The notes under the pieces were generated by a model. That model saw nothing but the letters and a program-made list of their open reading frames with translations. It made no database searches and was not told the DNA's origin. A stretch of DNA of 64,000 nucleotides. Source: Laetmonice hystrix (lineage: Eukaryota). The position numbers and the translations under genes were made by a program. Where the stretch lies: positions 54,438,001 to 54,502,000 of the forward strand of contig OZ249436.1 of NCBI GenBank assembly GCA_965235115.1, given 5' to 3'. Within the stretch, counting starts at the first letter, position 1, and every line of letters starts with the position of its first letter. Positions 11,528 to 23,500 of this stretch are shown one piece after another.

Positions 11528-14500
11528 GTAAGCATGTGAAGGTATCCTCTGAAATGAAATCGGGGTGTAAGATTAAAAGATATGAGTGTGTCACAGGTGA
11601 CGGTTTGGCCGTGTGACGGTTTGACTGGTTCCCATTCCATGTGCAGGAAAGTGAAAAAAGAATATTGTTAAAAAGATTTTTTGTCATTCAACAAAAAATA
11701 GGTGGCGGCAAAACTGGTTTTAGATGGTGTTTTGCTGCTGCTGACCAGCTACTTTTGAGAGCCCTGCACTGAATGATAAACCCATTCACATGTACATCCG
11801 TACTTCTGTACATTTGGTAGTCTAGGTTAAATGTGACCAGTTTTGTAAAGGTCAGAGTTCACACCAACTGAACAAGAAGACGAAGTATAAAATGGTTTTG
11901 AATTTTTATTTAGAGAAGGCTGCCATTCTGAACCAACCATGGTTCTTCATAACGGCTAATGTCAGTTAAAAGTACACAGGGTGTATCTGGCTAAATTGCA
12001 TGATGATGCAATACTAAACATAGCTATTTTCGGATATGATGACATCAGTTTGCTGTTAAGTATAAATCATTGAACAATTCACTTAATTTTAAGAATATAC
12101 ATGCATTTATAAGTACTTTACTTCTGGTATACTTGCCATATGAACAGATTTACATACATGAGTAAAATACTCCCAAGGAATAAATTGACAGAAGTAAAAG
12201 TATATTTATGGATAAAATTAATTTTACTTGTTAATTTAAGCTGTATTCACATGCACAACTTCAATCCAGAAAGACTGATGATGACCTATGCATTCATAAT
12301 ATGGAAAGACTCTTCTCCTTTTGTAAAATGTCAAATATTATACATAAGTCAAATATTATCATATGAACATAAAGTGGATGCACTTTTACTCGCATCAGTA
12401 AATGTACTCCGTATTGGGGTGTTGCATTTAAATACCAGGGCTTTATTTCACCTGGTAAACATGTGAGTTAAAGTGCCCTCATAAGTTAGCAAAGGTGAAA
12501 AAATTGTGGCCTGTTTTATGAGATCTTTACCATACACATTTCAACCTATGACCAAATCATTTTTCAGTCAAGTGATGATGGAAGCAGTAGCGGTAGCTCC
12601 TTAGAGTTTGTTCATTTAGAAGACTCAGGAGCAACTTACCAGCGCCGCCAACGCTCTGACTCTAACCAAGACACTCAGGAGCAGCCCCTGGAGAGTGAGG
12701 CTCCCAAACAGGAGAAACTAGGAGAAGAAGCTCACCAGAGAAAGCACCCAGTGCTGGAGAACCTTGGACCTCTGGACGATGCTAACAGTGAGAGCAAAAC
12801 AGTGACACCTGAACTTCCTAGTCCAAGTCCAAGTCCAAGTGGTAAGTCATCTTGTTGTAGACCGTCAGGGCACACAGATCTATTGTGATAAATATTCACT
12901 GGTAGTGTATGAAAATTTGCAATTTTATCAAGATTTTGTCCTGACATTCAAGACAACAAAGTGTCCAAGGTCCCGTGGCGGAGGAGTAAGTTTAACCCAG
13001 TTACCATTGTTATTTAAATCTGGAAAACATGTGACTCTTTTGCTACACTCAAGGGTTACATGGGTTTATAAAGGGGCAGTAGCTTGGCGCAGATATGGGG
13101 GGGGGGAGTGCCTCTGGAACAAGTACCAGGTGTCACTAACACTATTAATGTTGGGTATTCCATTAAAAAACTGGCTGTCCCATGGGGGGGGGGGGGCAGC
13201 TGCCCCCCTTGCCCCCCCCCCAGGCTATGACCCTGCAATAGAACTGCTAAATTACATGTAGTTATTTTAAGTCAATAAAGGTGTGGCCTTTTGGTGGGGC
13301 TTGCACTCTTGCAGTTCTTCTGGTCGCTCAACTGGTCCCATCCCATTCCCAAGTGTTAGTTTTGTCCCCGATCTCACAGCCCCAGTGCTCCTTTGTTATA
13401 CTGTTGTTTGTTCTGTGTTGATGCTGTCCCCGGTGACCCCTCAGTGACCCCAGTACCGATCCCTTTCATACCCTGATGAGGTAAGAACTGAGAAGTACAG
13501 CCCCTAAACGAAGTTACTGATGAAATTGCTTTACCTCTGACTTGATTTGACAGCCCTAAACTAGAAAATTTTCAGACATATGGATAGTAACCATATTTAT
13601 GAATTTAAGTTTATATTGTTGTCTGATCCTAAAATTATGTGAATTTTTGACGTGACATTACTTTCTGAATAAGAAGAAGTTTAAACCAAAACTTCAGTAT
13701 TTCAGTCCTGCATTTAATGCTGATATCATACTTCATAGAAACCATGCCCTTGAAGATGTCATAAATAATTGTTTTGTGACCAGATCAGGTGGCACTGTTG
13801 TGGGAGCATATTGTGTCCAGACTATGTTGAAACTGTGGAAAGCCGCAAAGCTTCTGTCTGTGTTATTACATCATCCAGTTTGTTGCTTACTCTACCCCTT
13901 ACAGTATATAGAATAATTTAGGCACATTTAGTGCAAGGAGTGTTGTTATCTGCAGTTAAGTTATTTTTATCAAAGGTACATTAGGTGTTGGATTACCCTA
14001 CAGGGTAGGTTTCCTACTTTGATCAATTATACTTGGCATTCATTGCATCCCACAAGGGCCTGTTCAGGCAGAATTGTTGTGTGGCAACAACTGCTGACCC
14101 GGCCATTGCTGAGCATGCATTAAGTGGGGGAGGGAGAGAGGCTGCGGCCAGGGGGTAGTGGGGGTAAGGTATCCAGGCGGCAGGAACCCCCCACCCCCAC
14201 CCACCATTGATCTGTATGATCTCCCAGGCTACCAGCTCACTCTCTGCACCCTGCTGCCACTGATCCAGGGGTCATCTCAACATCTGTGTATAGATGACCT
14301 CATACCGCCACAGGTGTCATCCCACAGCCATGCTAACACTCACTTAGCTGAGCTCATGTGTGAATCAGGGTATCATGGCCGTAATTCACCGGCTTCAAGT
14401 CTTGGGTTTCAGATCACATAGGCCTGTATATACTGTACCTTGTATGTGTATAATGCTGTAGTGGTTACCTTGATGTGCAAGACCCAAGTGCACCCACACA

Positions 14501-17500
14501 GCATACCGTTTGGTAGGCTGCTGTATGCTCTGATGTCATCATCGAATGAGACGTCTGATATAAAGAATTCAAACACCAGGTTTATGATATCAATGTTAAT
14601 TGTGGGTCCCGTCTAAAGGAAGGTATCAAGTTAATAATTGTTTTCTCTGGGTGAAAGATTCATGGTTTGACAGCACTGAGCAGTATCGTGTCTGTCTTAG
14701 CCTACAGTTAGACACAAACAGAGTTGTCATCAGGATAGGGTAGTTTGTATTCAATGTTATAGCCTGCAGGCATGCCCTGGATCGGACTGAAGACGGGCTG
14801 CACGGACGGAGGATGAGGTTACCAGCAGTATGACATGACTATAATTCTGACTGTACTGTGTTCTGGTAGGGTACAGTCGGATATGTAATGGCTCGAGTGC
14901 TAAGCCGCCTAAGTGAATTTGCGTGTTGAAAGCTGACAGCAATTATTGTGCCCCTATTGAATGGCAGTATTAGGCGACCGACCCCCACCCCCGTCCATGA
15001 ACCCCGCTTGGTACATAGAATCCCAATATGAGGAGACATGTATGATGGAATTCCCATTAAATTTTCATAACCAGCATCATTTACTGGTTGTGATATTGAA
15101 ATCGAAACGGAGAATTGCATTTTAGATTTTCTTGCTACGTTCCTTATGTTAATGTCCTGATCCTAGTCATGAAGACAATGTTCATTTTGAAAAAATACAA
15201 GTCATAAAAACATCTGTTTAAAATGACAATTTACTCTATTTATCATAATCGAAATCATACAGCCTTAAATTTAAAGTTAGCCTTAGGAGAAGTATTCAAA
15301 GCAATGCTTACTAAGTTACTCTACAGGAGTACATGTACCGTAAGTAGATTTAATCATAATGAATAGCCAGCTCCTCAGGTGGTTGGCATTGCACTTAGGT
15401 TGTTTTTAATTTGGACTTCGACAGTGATTGTTATATGCCCGTACCTCGCAGTGCCAAAAATACCAGGACTTACCTGGTATTTTAATACCAAGTATTGATG
15501 ATTATAGTACGTGTGCAACAGTTGCAATGTCCCAATTTCTGTACCAGTAAAGTACTTGTCATGTCAAGACCGTAAAAGGTCTTGATATGACAAGGACATT
15601 ACCGGTATTTATATAAGGACTCTTAATTTTCTTATTAGAATTTTCTCTGCTTGAAAGAAATATCGAGAATTTTACTCAGAGACTAAATGAGGAGTGAGAG
15701 ACTTAAATCATGTACTATATTATAATTGTTAGGAGTGGGGGCTCATTGTCTCATAACTGTTTTGCTTTAGGCATCGCCCCCTGGTGAGACGAGAGACATC
15801 GAAGAAATAAATGGAGATGAAGCTATAATTTTATACCGCCACTGTTCCATTCTTGGTAGTCGACTGTAATCTGATGTTAAATCAACCACGAACACAAACA
15901 ACAATAATACACCCTTAAAATATCCAAAAGCGTAAAGAACTTCAAATGAAATTTTTTATGTGTCCAGATTACTTGTAATTCAGGCTCATAGCTACACAAG
16001 TTACCAGGATGCAAGTAACAATTAGGTACCGGTGCCTTTTAATATTGTAATCGAACCTGGTTATTATTAATATCGACCAGATAAGTTCCTTTCGGTGTAT
16101 AGAGTCCAAGAGGAGGATGCAGCAAAGTGTAAAGTTGGATAACATACAAAGCTAGCCTATTTCTCTGTTATTTCATTGTCATGTTAATACCGGTAGTAAT
16201 ATTGAATCTGAACGTACATAGGAACCTTGCAACTGTTGCACACATACTATAATCAGCTTTGTCAACCCATAACCAAGACGATTTTAAGGAGAGAGCTGTT
16301 TGGACATACATGACGTGACCTTGTTTGTGTATACGGTTAACAAGCCAAGGAGACACTGGTCCTCAGCCTGCATGATTCATGCTTTTGAAACTTTCAAAAC
16401 CCAGCATGATAAAAACCCAGTGTGATGCTATACGTAACTGTACAGGAACATTGGAACCAACCGGTTTTAAATCTGACACACGGGAAAGATCCCATTAACG
16501 CGTTTGGAATGGAAAGTCTTATGTTTATGCCTTTCAGATGAACATTTAAAAGCGTGGGAAAATGACTGGTTTTGGGATGACCATGATATCTCGTGTCACT
16601 CAGGTAGTGTGAAGCTATCTCCAACTCCAGCGTGTGACTATAGTGCCCGGTTTTTCAAAACTCAAGATCTTGCTTTAGCTTGAGCTTAACGCTTCTGATT
16701 GGCTGGTCTAGTCCGACCAGACAAACACAAGTATTAAGCTTAACGTTTCTGATTGGCTGGTCAAAGCGGACCAGCCAATCACAAGTATTAAGCTTAAGCA
16801 TAAGCAAGAATTTAACTTTCGAAAAAACGGGCCCAGTGCTCAGCTTTAGCCAGCGTCTAACAACATATCTGTGCCTGCCTCCTTTGGTACTCTCTGTGAT
16901 TGCTTTGTCACTGCTTTTGTCAAGGTCAGCCGCATGACCTTCTGAGTGACTGCATGTTCACTGGCTTATACGATAACATCTAGGTTAAATGAGCTTCGGT
17001 TACTATCCTCGTGTGTTCTAAGTTTAAATTCTGAGTACTTTTGGCTGAAAACTTGGCTGAAATGAATTAATACGCTTTTTTTGGTTAACATTATAACTCA
17101 CACTATCCTGCAGGGCCCTCGCTGGCTTTCAAACCTTATTCACCACAAAATTAACCGAAGCAGTATTTTAATAGCAATTATTACACTTGGCCTTAACAGA
17201 ATAAAAACCTCTCTCATCTAAAACTTTCTACACCAGTTAATAAAGTTTTTTACGATTTGAACAGGTGACCGAGTCGCAAGGGCCCAGTGTTTTACTTGAA
17301 GAAATTCAATGTGTTAGGATGCAAGCTTGGCTTCATCTTGGTTATGGACGTCCAATATAGAAGTGCATGAATATTGATCCTGAATGTTCCCGAGAGGTAT
17401 GCAGTCGTATTGTAGCAGTGGGCAGGAGCAGAGGGGTAAAATGGGTACACTGGTTGGGGTTCTAGGGTAAGTGGTTTAGAACTGGAACGTTACTGTTCTC

Positions 17501-20500
17501 ATTGTACCACACTCCAATATGAAATGAGTGCTGCACCCAATTACTCTATTACCGTACATTCTTCTCTCTAGAACATATGGACGTTGATCGTTGTAATTTT
17601 TAGTATAGATTTACAGGGGGGGTGAGGCTGCATACACCAGTCAGTCGGAAGCGTTAAGCCTTAGTATAAAAACCCGGGCCCAGAGCTAATAAATATGGAT
17701 ATGGCGTGAAGCCTGTATGTTGTACGGGAGTGCGGACATGTAAATATCGGGTATATTGTAGGGCCAAGGGGTAGAAAGGAATAGCTGTCTTGACGATATT
17801 GGACAATGGTTGAACACACCGGTGGAGGTGGAGGAGACGGTAACATGCTGTTTGTACCAATCTTGTCAAATAATAATGTGTACAGAACAAGCTCCAGATG
17901 CATGTTGTTTAATGGTGCTGTTTAATGTGGAAACAGTCCTGTGGTTAATGATTGATCCTTGGCCTACACTCGCTCTCCAGCGGTATTCTACCATGGGGAA
18001 ACAAACTGGGAATGCATTTCACTAAAGCAAAGATATGATTGGAAAAGAGTTCTTATAAATGACAGTTTTTCATAATATCAGCTGTATATACATGTATTGG
18101 CTAAGTGAAACGTACCCCCAGCTGAGTTCTTGTGGAATACCTGCTATTCTATGTTTCTAAGTTAAGTTTTTCGAAAAATAAATTATGAGATCTTCACAGC
18201 ATGTCATTTCAGTGTGAAAGCGACAGGATTATGTGAAAATGTTGCCTCTAACTTGTGAAATTCTGTGGGTGATAGAAATTAGGGAAAGAAATGGAATGTG
18301 ATTAAGGAAATCCAAGTAAATAGAAAAGTTCGTTCGGTTCTCAAAATCCTCCACCATTCTGTGTTTTTCCACCACAATCTGTTTGATAATTTCGATATTG
18401 CTGGATGAAGGGCTCAGAATCATGGAAAAATAATGGAATTCTAACATGATCAGAGGCGGATACAGGATCTTGGAGAGGGGGTGTGATAAGGTTTGTTTTT
18501 GTCCTTTTTACCCCTGTGTTGGTGTACTTGAGGCCAGTCAGTGTAGCGGTTTATGGAACTGAAGGTAGCCGAGCAGTCATAATGACATTTTTCCCGGCAC
18601 TCATTATTGGTGATCTATTGCTAGTGTTATCACTTGTTCTATTGTAAGTCATTGCTCCTGTTCTAGATGAGGAGAACGGAGACGACACGGGCATCGATGA
18701 GGATGAGGACGAGGCTGAGGAACACTCGCCACCAGAGGGCGCTCCTGAGGGGGATCCCCAGCAGTGGAATCCCGATGATGCTGATTCGGACTCGTCAGCT
18801 GAGGTTCTGCACAAGGATGAACTGATGCAGCCTGACGGGTGAGTACAGGGTGGGTGGGTGTGAGGAGGAGGGGGTAGATCAAGGTGGCAGGGGGTTGCTG
18901 ACAGGGCAGGGTGACAAGTGTTCACAGTACTGGGTGTGTGAGGGTGACAAGTCAGTAGTGTCAGGTGACATACAAGCAACAGACAAATAGTTTAATAACA
19001 GGTTGACACGTTAGAGGAGTTGGTAGGTAATGTCATATGGTAGGTAAGGTGACAGTGACGGGCGTGTAGACAAGTGACAGGTCAGGTTGACAAGTTAGAG
19101 GAGTTGGTAGGTAATGCCATGTGGTAGGTAAGGTGACAGTGACGGGTGTGTAGACAAGTGACAGGTCAGGTTGACAGGTTAGAGGAGTTCGTAGGTAATG
19201 TCATATGGTAGGTAAGGTGAGAGTGACGGGTGTGTAGACAAGTGACAGGTCAGGTTGACAGGTTAGAGGAGTTGGTAGGTAATGTCATATGGTAGGTAAG
19301 GTGACAGTGACGGGTGTGTAGACAAGTGACAGGTCAGGTTGACAAGTTAGAGGAGTTGGTAGGTAATGTCATATGGTAGGTAAGGTGACAGTGACGGGTG
19401 TGTAGACAAGTGACAGGTCAGGTTGACAGGTTAGAGGAGTTGGTAGGTAATGTCATATGGTAGGTAAGGTGACAGTGACGGGTGTGTAGACAAGTGACAG
19501 ATCAGGTTGACAGGTTAGAGGAGTTGGTAGGTAATGCCATATGGTAGGTAAGGTGACAGTGACGGGTGTGTAGACAAGTGACAGGTCAGGTTGACAGGTT
19601 AGAGGAGTTGGTAGGTAATGTCATATGGTAGGTAAGGTGACAGTGACGGGTGTGTAGACAAGTGACAGGTCAGGTTGACAGGTGGGTAGTGATGCCTGAC
19701 AGGTGCTCTTGAAGCAGACATGAGAGTTGTCCGCCTTTCGGCGGATTTTCACTTTTTCTGACCTTGAACTCCTGTACCAATATGGAAGGGGGGGGGAGGA
19801 TTTCTGCCTTTTTTATGCACCTTAACTCTCTTGTCTGCTGAAGGAAGGCATTGTATGGATTAATGGCTTAATTTATTACCACCATTATTATTGCTATTGC
19901 ACGGACTGAATAAATTAAAATAAAATGTTTTGTCAAAATTTGGATGCCAGCAGGGCCTGGAACCATCCAATCCCTCGCACTATTTGGCCTTCTTAGACCA
20001 GCCAATTGGAGCGTTAAGCTTAAACTTAAGCAAAAACTTAAGTTATGCAAAAGCAGGCCCTGGTACCATATCAGGCGTTGTCACTTGTTAACCAATACCC
20101 ATGTTAAGAAACTCTCTTAATGGCTCTGTACATAGCTGTATTCTTGGTGTAGCCTAGAGGATAATGGCATTTGATGACGTCCTGTCAATATGAGACAGGA
20201 AACATAAGGATAAGTTACGATAAGCCACGGCGGAAACAATAGGTACCTGTAGAAAAAGTAGGTCACGTCTGAAACATGGCAGCCTTATGTCGCCTTGGTT
20301 GTAGAGATATTGAGAAGGAACTATAGATGACAAAAAAATCATCACTGGATGGTTGGTGGTGAGGGGTGAGGTTAGCATTAACTGACCTTCACTCTGGAGA
20401 CTCTCATCTCGTTTAGAGAATCCAAGCTGTGATCAGATGAACAAACCACACAGGAGTTTGTTTTCATCTTGTCTGTTGGACTTCCTCCCGAGGAGTTGGA

Positions 20501-23500
20501 CTTCAGCATGAACCGAGTAGATCTAGGACACAGATCTTAATCCAATCACGCCAATCAGGCGTTCAAAACAGGTGAAAATCAGGTTTCTGTGTCAGGTATT
20601 ATTCTGATAGATAAATACCTGCATGTATCTGAGAAAGTAAAGAATGGACTCGACGTTCAACAAACCGAGAGAGAGAATCACCTGCAGTTCCTGACCTCGA
20701 GGTGGGATGCTGGTACTCCGTGGGTACTGGTTCTCACTCTGTGAACGCGTCTGACTTCCTCATCTTCTGGGATTAACGGTGGTAGGAGATAATCCATGCA
20801 GCCCTTTGTGGTTGATCCCTGAGGGATCTACACGCCTGCTGCAGTCGGAGTTCGCCACTGAAGCTGACCATCACTCACCGACATTCTGCAAGGAGGATGT
20901 CTTGATGAAGTCTTGCACTGTTTAAGCAAGGGGCGGTGTGTATACTATCAGCAGATGATATATGATTCCCACAGGATAATTGTTTGGTATTACTCCGGAA
21001 ACTGGCAGCACAGCGTTGAAATCTTGGTGTGTTGTTCACTTTGTGTTCCATGTCATGAATTGTGACTGGCCGTCTATAATGGTCAGACTTACCTAGCCAG
21101 ATGGATGGCGTTCATATAGACAGGAGTGGTCTCCGTGTGACCATGCCCTACCTCTACCAACATAGCTTTGAGTACCACGTGGACAACCTGGGACAGTGGT
21201 TGGAATACTGCAACAGTTCAGCCCAGACCAGGTAGGGGACATCCCACTAAAACCCATGCTAGCCGTCTGCTGTAATGGTCATGAAGCCATAATAGCCATC
21301 TCCTACATCCTGGTATTGTTCAGGGTTCAGTATTCTTTTGGAATTTTGTTTCCTTGTCAGAATGTCCATTACCGGTACCCAATCACTTAACTCCTTGCGT
21401 CCCTCTGTCTCGAGCAAGTTCACTTGTGTATACATGTAATCAGGCTTTTAGGACATCATCAAGTCAACACGATTTTAACCAAAAAACTCTGATTGTGGAA
21501 CGGATACCTCAAGTTCCATGTCCAATTGTACGATGCAGACTTCAAGTTAAAGTCATACTAGCTTGATTCAAAAACAGGTCATACTATAGTATTCACCAGT
21601 TTTTACAGTCTGAGTCACAGCTGTGCGGAACCCGCAGTACTGTTATGACAGTACAGACATTTGTATAGAATGTGACATATTTTTCTGGTTGCAGTGTAAG
21701 TTGTTGCCAGGAGGCGTGTTGGGAATCGAATCCATACTAATGGGTTGTCACCTTTGTGCTAAGGTGACATCTTTGATACGTGTACGGATATATACTTGTA
21801 CATTGATAATCCTGTATCAAAGTCCTCTGACCCTAGGCAGAACGTCGGTCGCATCCCGTATTGGCACCTCAGCCCGCGCGGAGGATGTAATTAGCCGTCT
21901 GATGCAGTAACTGACCAAGGAACCGTGTAGCTTATTTATTTTGTCTTTTCAGTAAATATCTATTTATGGCGTCAGTATAAGACATTGGGAGCTGGTGACG
22001 GACTTTCAGCCAAGTCCGTGGAGGAGCACTAGATCTTCAAAGAGGAGTTTGATGATAATAAAGTTTAAGTTTACATTGCGGCTTACGGTATACCGGTTCT
22101 ATTTAAAGTAGGCCATCCTTGATCTACAAAAGTATTTATTTAGTTCATCTCTGATATTTATATGGATTTGTAGGCTTACTTATCATTGTAGACATTGATT
22201 TTGTGTTATCTTGATGAAATTAATAAGTTATAAAAAAAGGGAGGGGGTTCTTTCTAAACTGTTTATCTAAATGTTGTGAACTGATGAGGTGTTTTTCTAA
22301 ATTTATGAATGATCAAAGGATATTTACATATACAATGTACATGTTTCTTTCCTTCACACTCGCAATCAACTGGCAGGATTGGCTGTACTGCCTGGTATTT
22401 CGGAGGGATACCAACACATTGTGTAACAACCAGCAGATCAATAAGAAAGAGCCTCTATAAGTGAAGTATCGCTGTCTGACTGAGAGTGGGAGCGATCATG
22501 GTATGGTTTGCCGAGTTCTTTTGTTACCGTCGGACCAGGAGAAAATAAATACTAGAATTCCGGTTTCCTAACTGACCGCATTCCAAACCTGCCGACACTA
22601 AAAACTTAGCCTAGATATTGAGTCGACTAGCCTTTGAGGAAAGGTGAGTAAGAAATGAAGCTGTCCCTAGCTCAAAATCTAAAAGAAAGAATCGCATACT
22701 GTTGATCTAAGCGGTGAAAAACAGTTCATGGCATAAGAATTCATTACCTGTGTTGTCGAGACAGAAATCATGTCTGATCAAAAAGGCAGTATTAAAGACC
22801 GACATGGTGTGCCACCCGGCAAATGCTAACGTGGTACCAGGCGCCCGCGCCCAGCCAATCTGAAGGTGGTGGGCGTGCCAACGACGTGATCTTTTACCAG
22901 GCCAGGTCCAATCAATGGGTGAGAAATAGCCAGTCACGGATGATTGACAGGCGAATACAATAGAGCAGGGGTCATCGCACCGCGATTTTCAAATCCAAGC
23001 GCCAGGCAAGAGTAGAAATTGGTATTGATTTTCGATCATTTCTAATATTCATCGATTCCTGGCCTTAACACTGTAGCCTAGGTATATTAGGATGCCCTCT
23101 GACGATTATGCAGTTTGGGCACGTGAATGCGATGGATATCGCCCGTTATTGCCAAAAACCATGGGAGCTCTTCACTCGGCGATGTCTGGGAGCCAAATGA
23201 GCTGGTGGGCGTCACCCTTCCCCTTTATAGTGCATGTCGGTCTTTAAAAGCAACCATGGGAATTTTAACGAAAAAACCCTGTCTTTGATGTTAGCTTGCC
23301 GTGGGTAATCCTGTGTGGTTTGACATTGATCATAGCTCTGGCCATGGATGTCTTTATGATGTCATTTTCCGTGGTATATCAAATCTAAAGCTAATTTAAA
23401 CAGTAATGCTGGATTTTGCCTTGATTCTTTTTGGTCAGCGAGCGACAGTCTCTTTAAGATGAAAGAGTCGGTAGTACCAATTACTGATCGAGGAACGAAG

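Noticed and set aside
20380..21370. GC-balanced intronic stretch with short coding-looking frames (e.g. MDGVHIDRSGLRVTMPYLYQ...)
   Set aside because: There is no sustained ORF or recognisable domain on either strand; it may be a decayed element but I cannot support a call.
22440..22650. Possible internal promoter or alternative first exon (ATGG|gtatgg at ~22500; AAG|gtgagt at ~22645)
   Set aside because: Only isolated donor-like motifs are present, with no consistent exon definable without transcript data.
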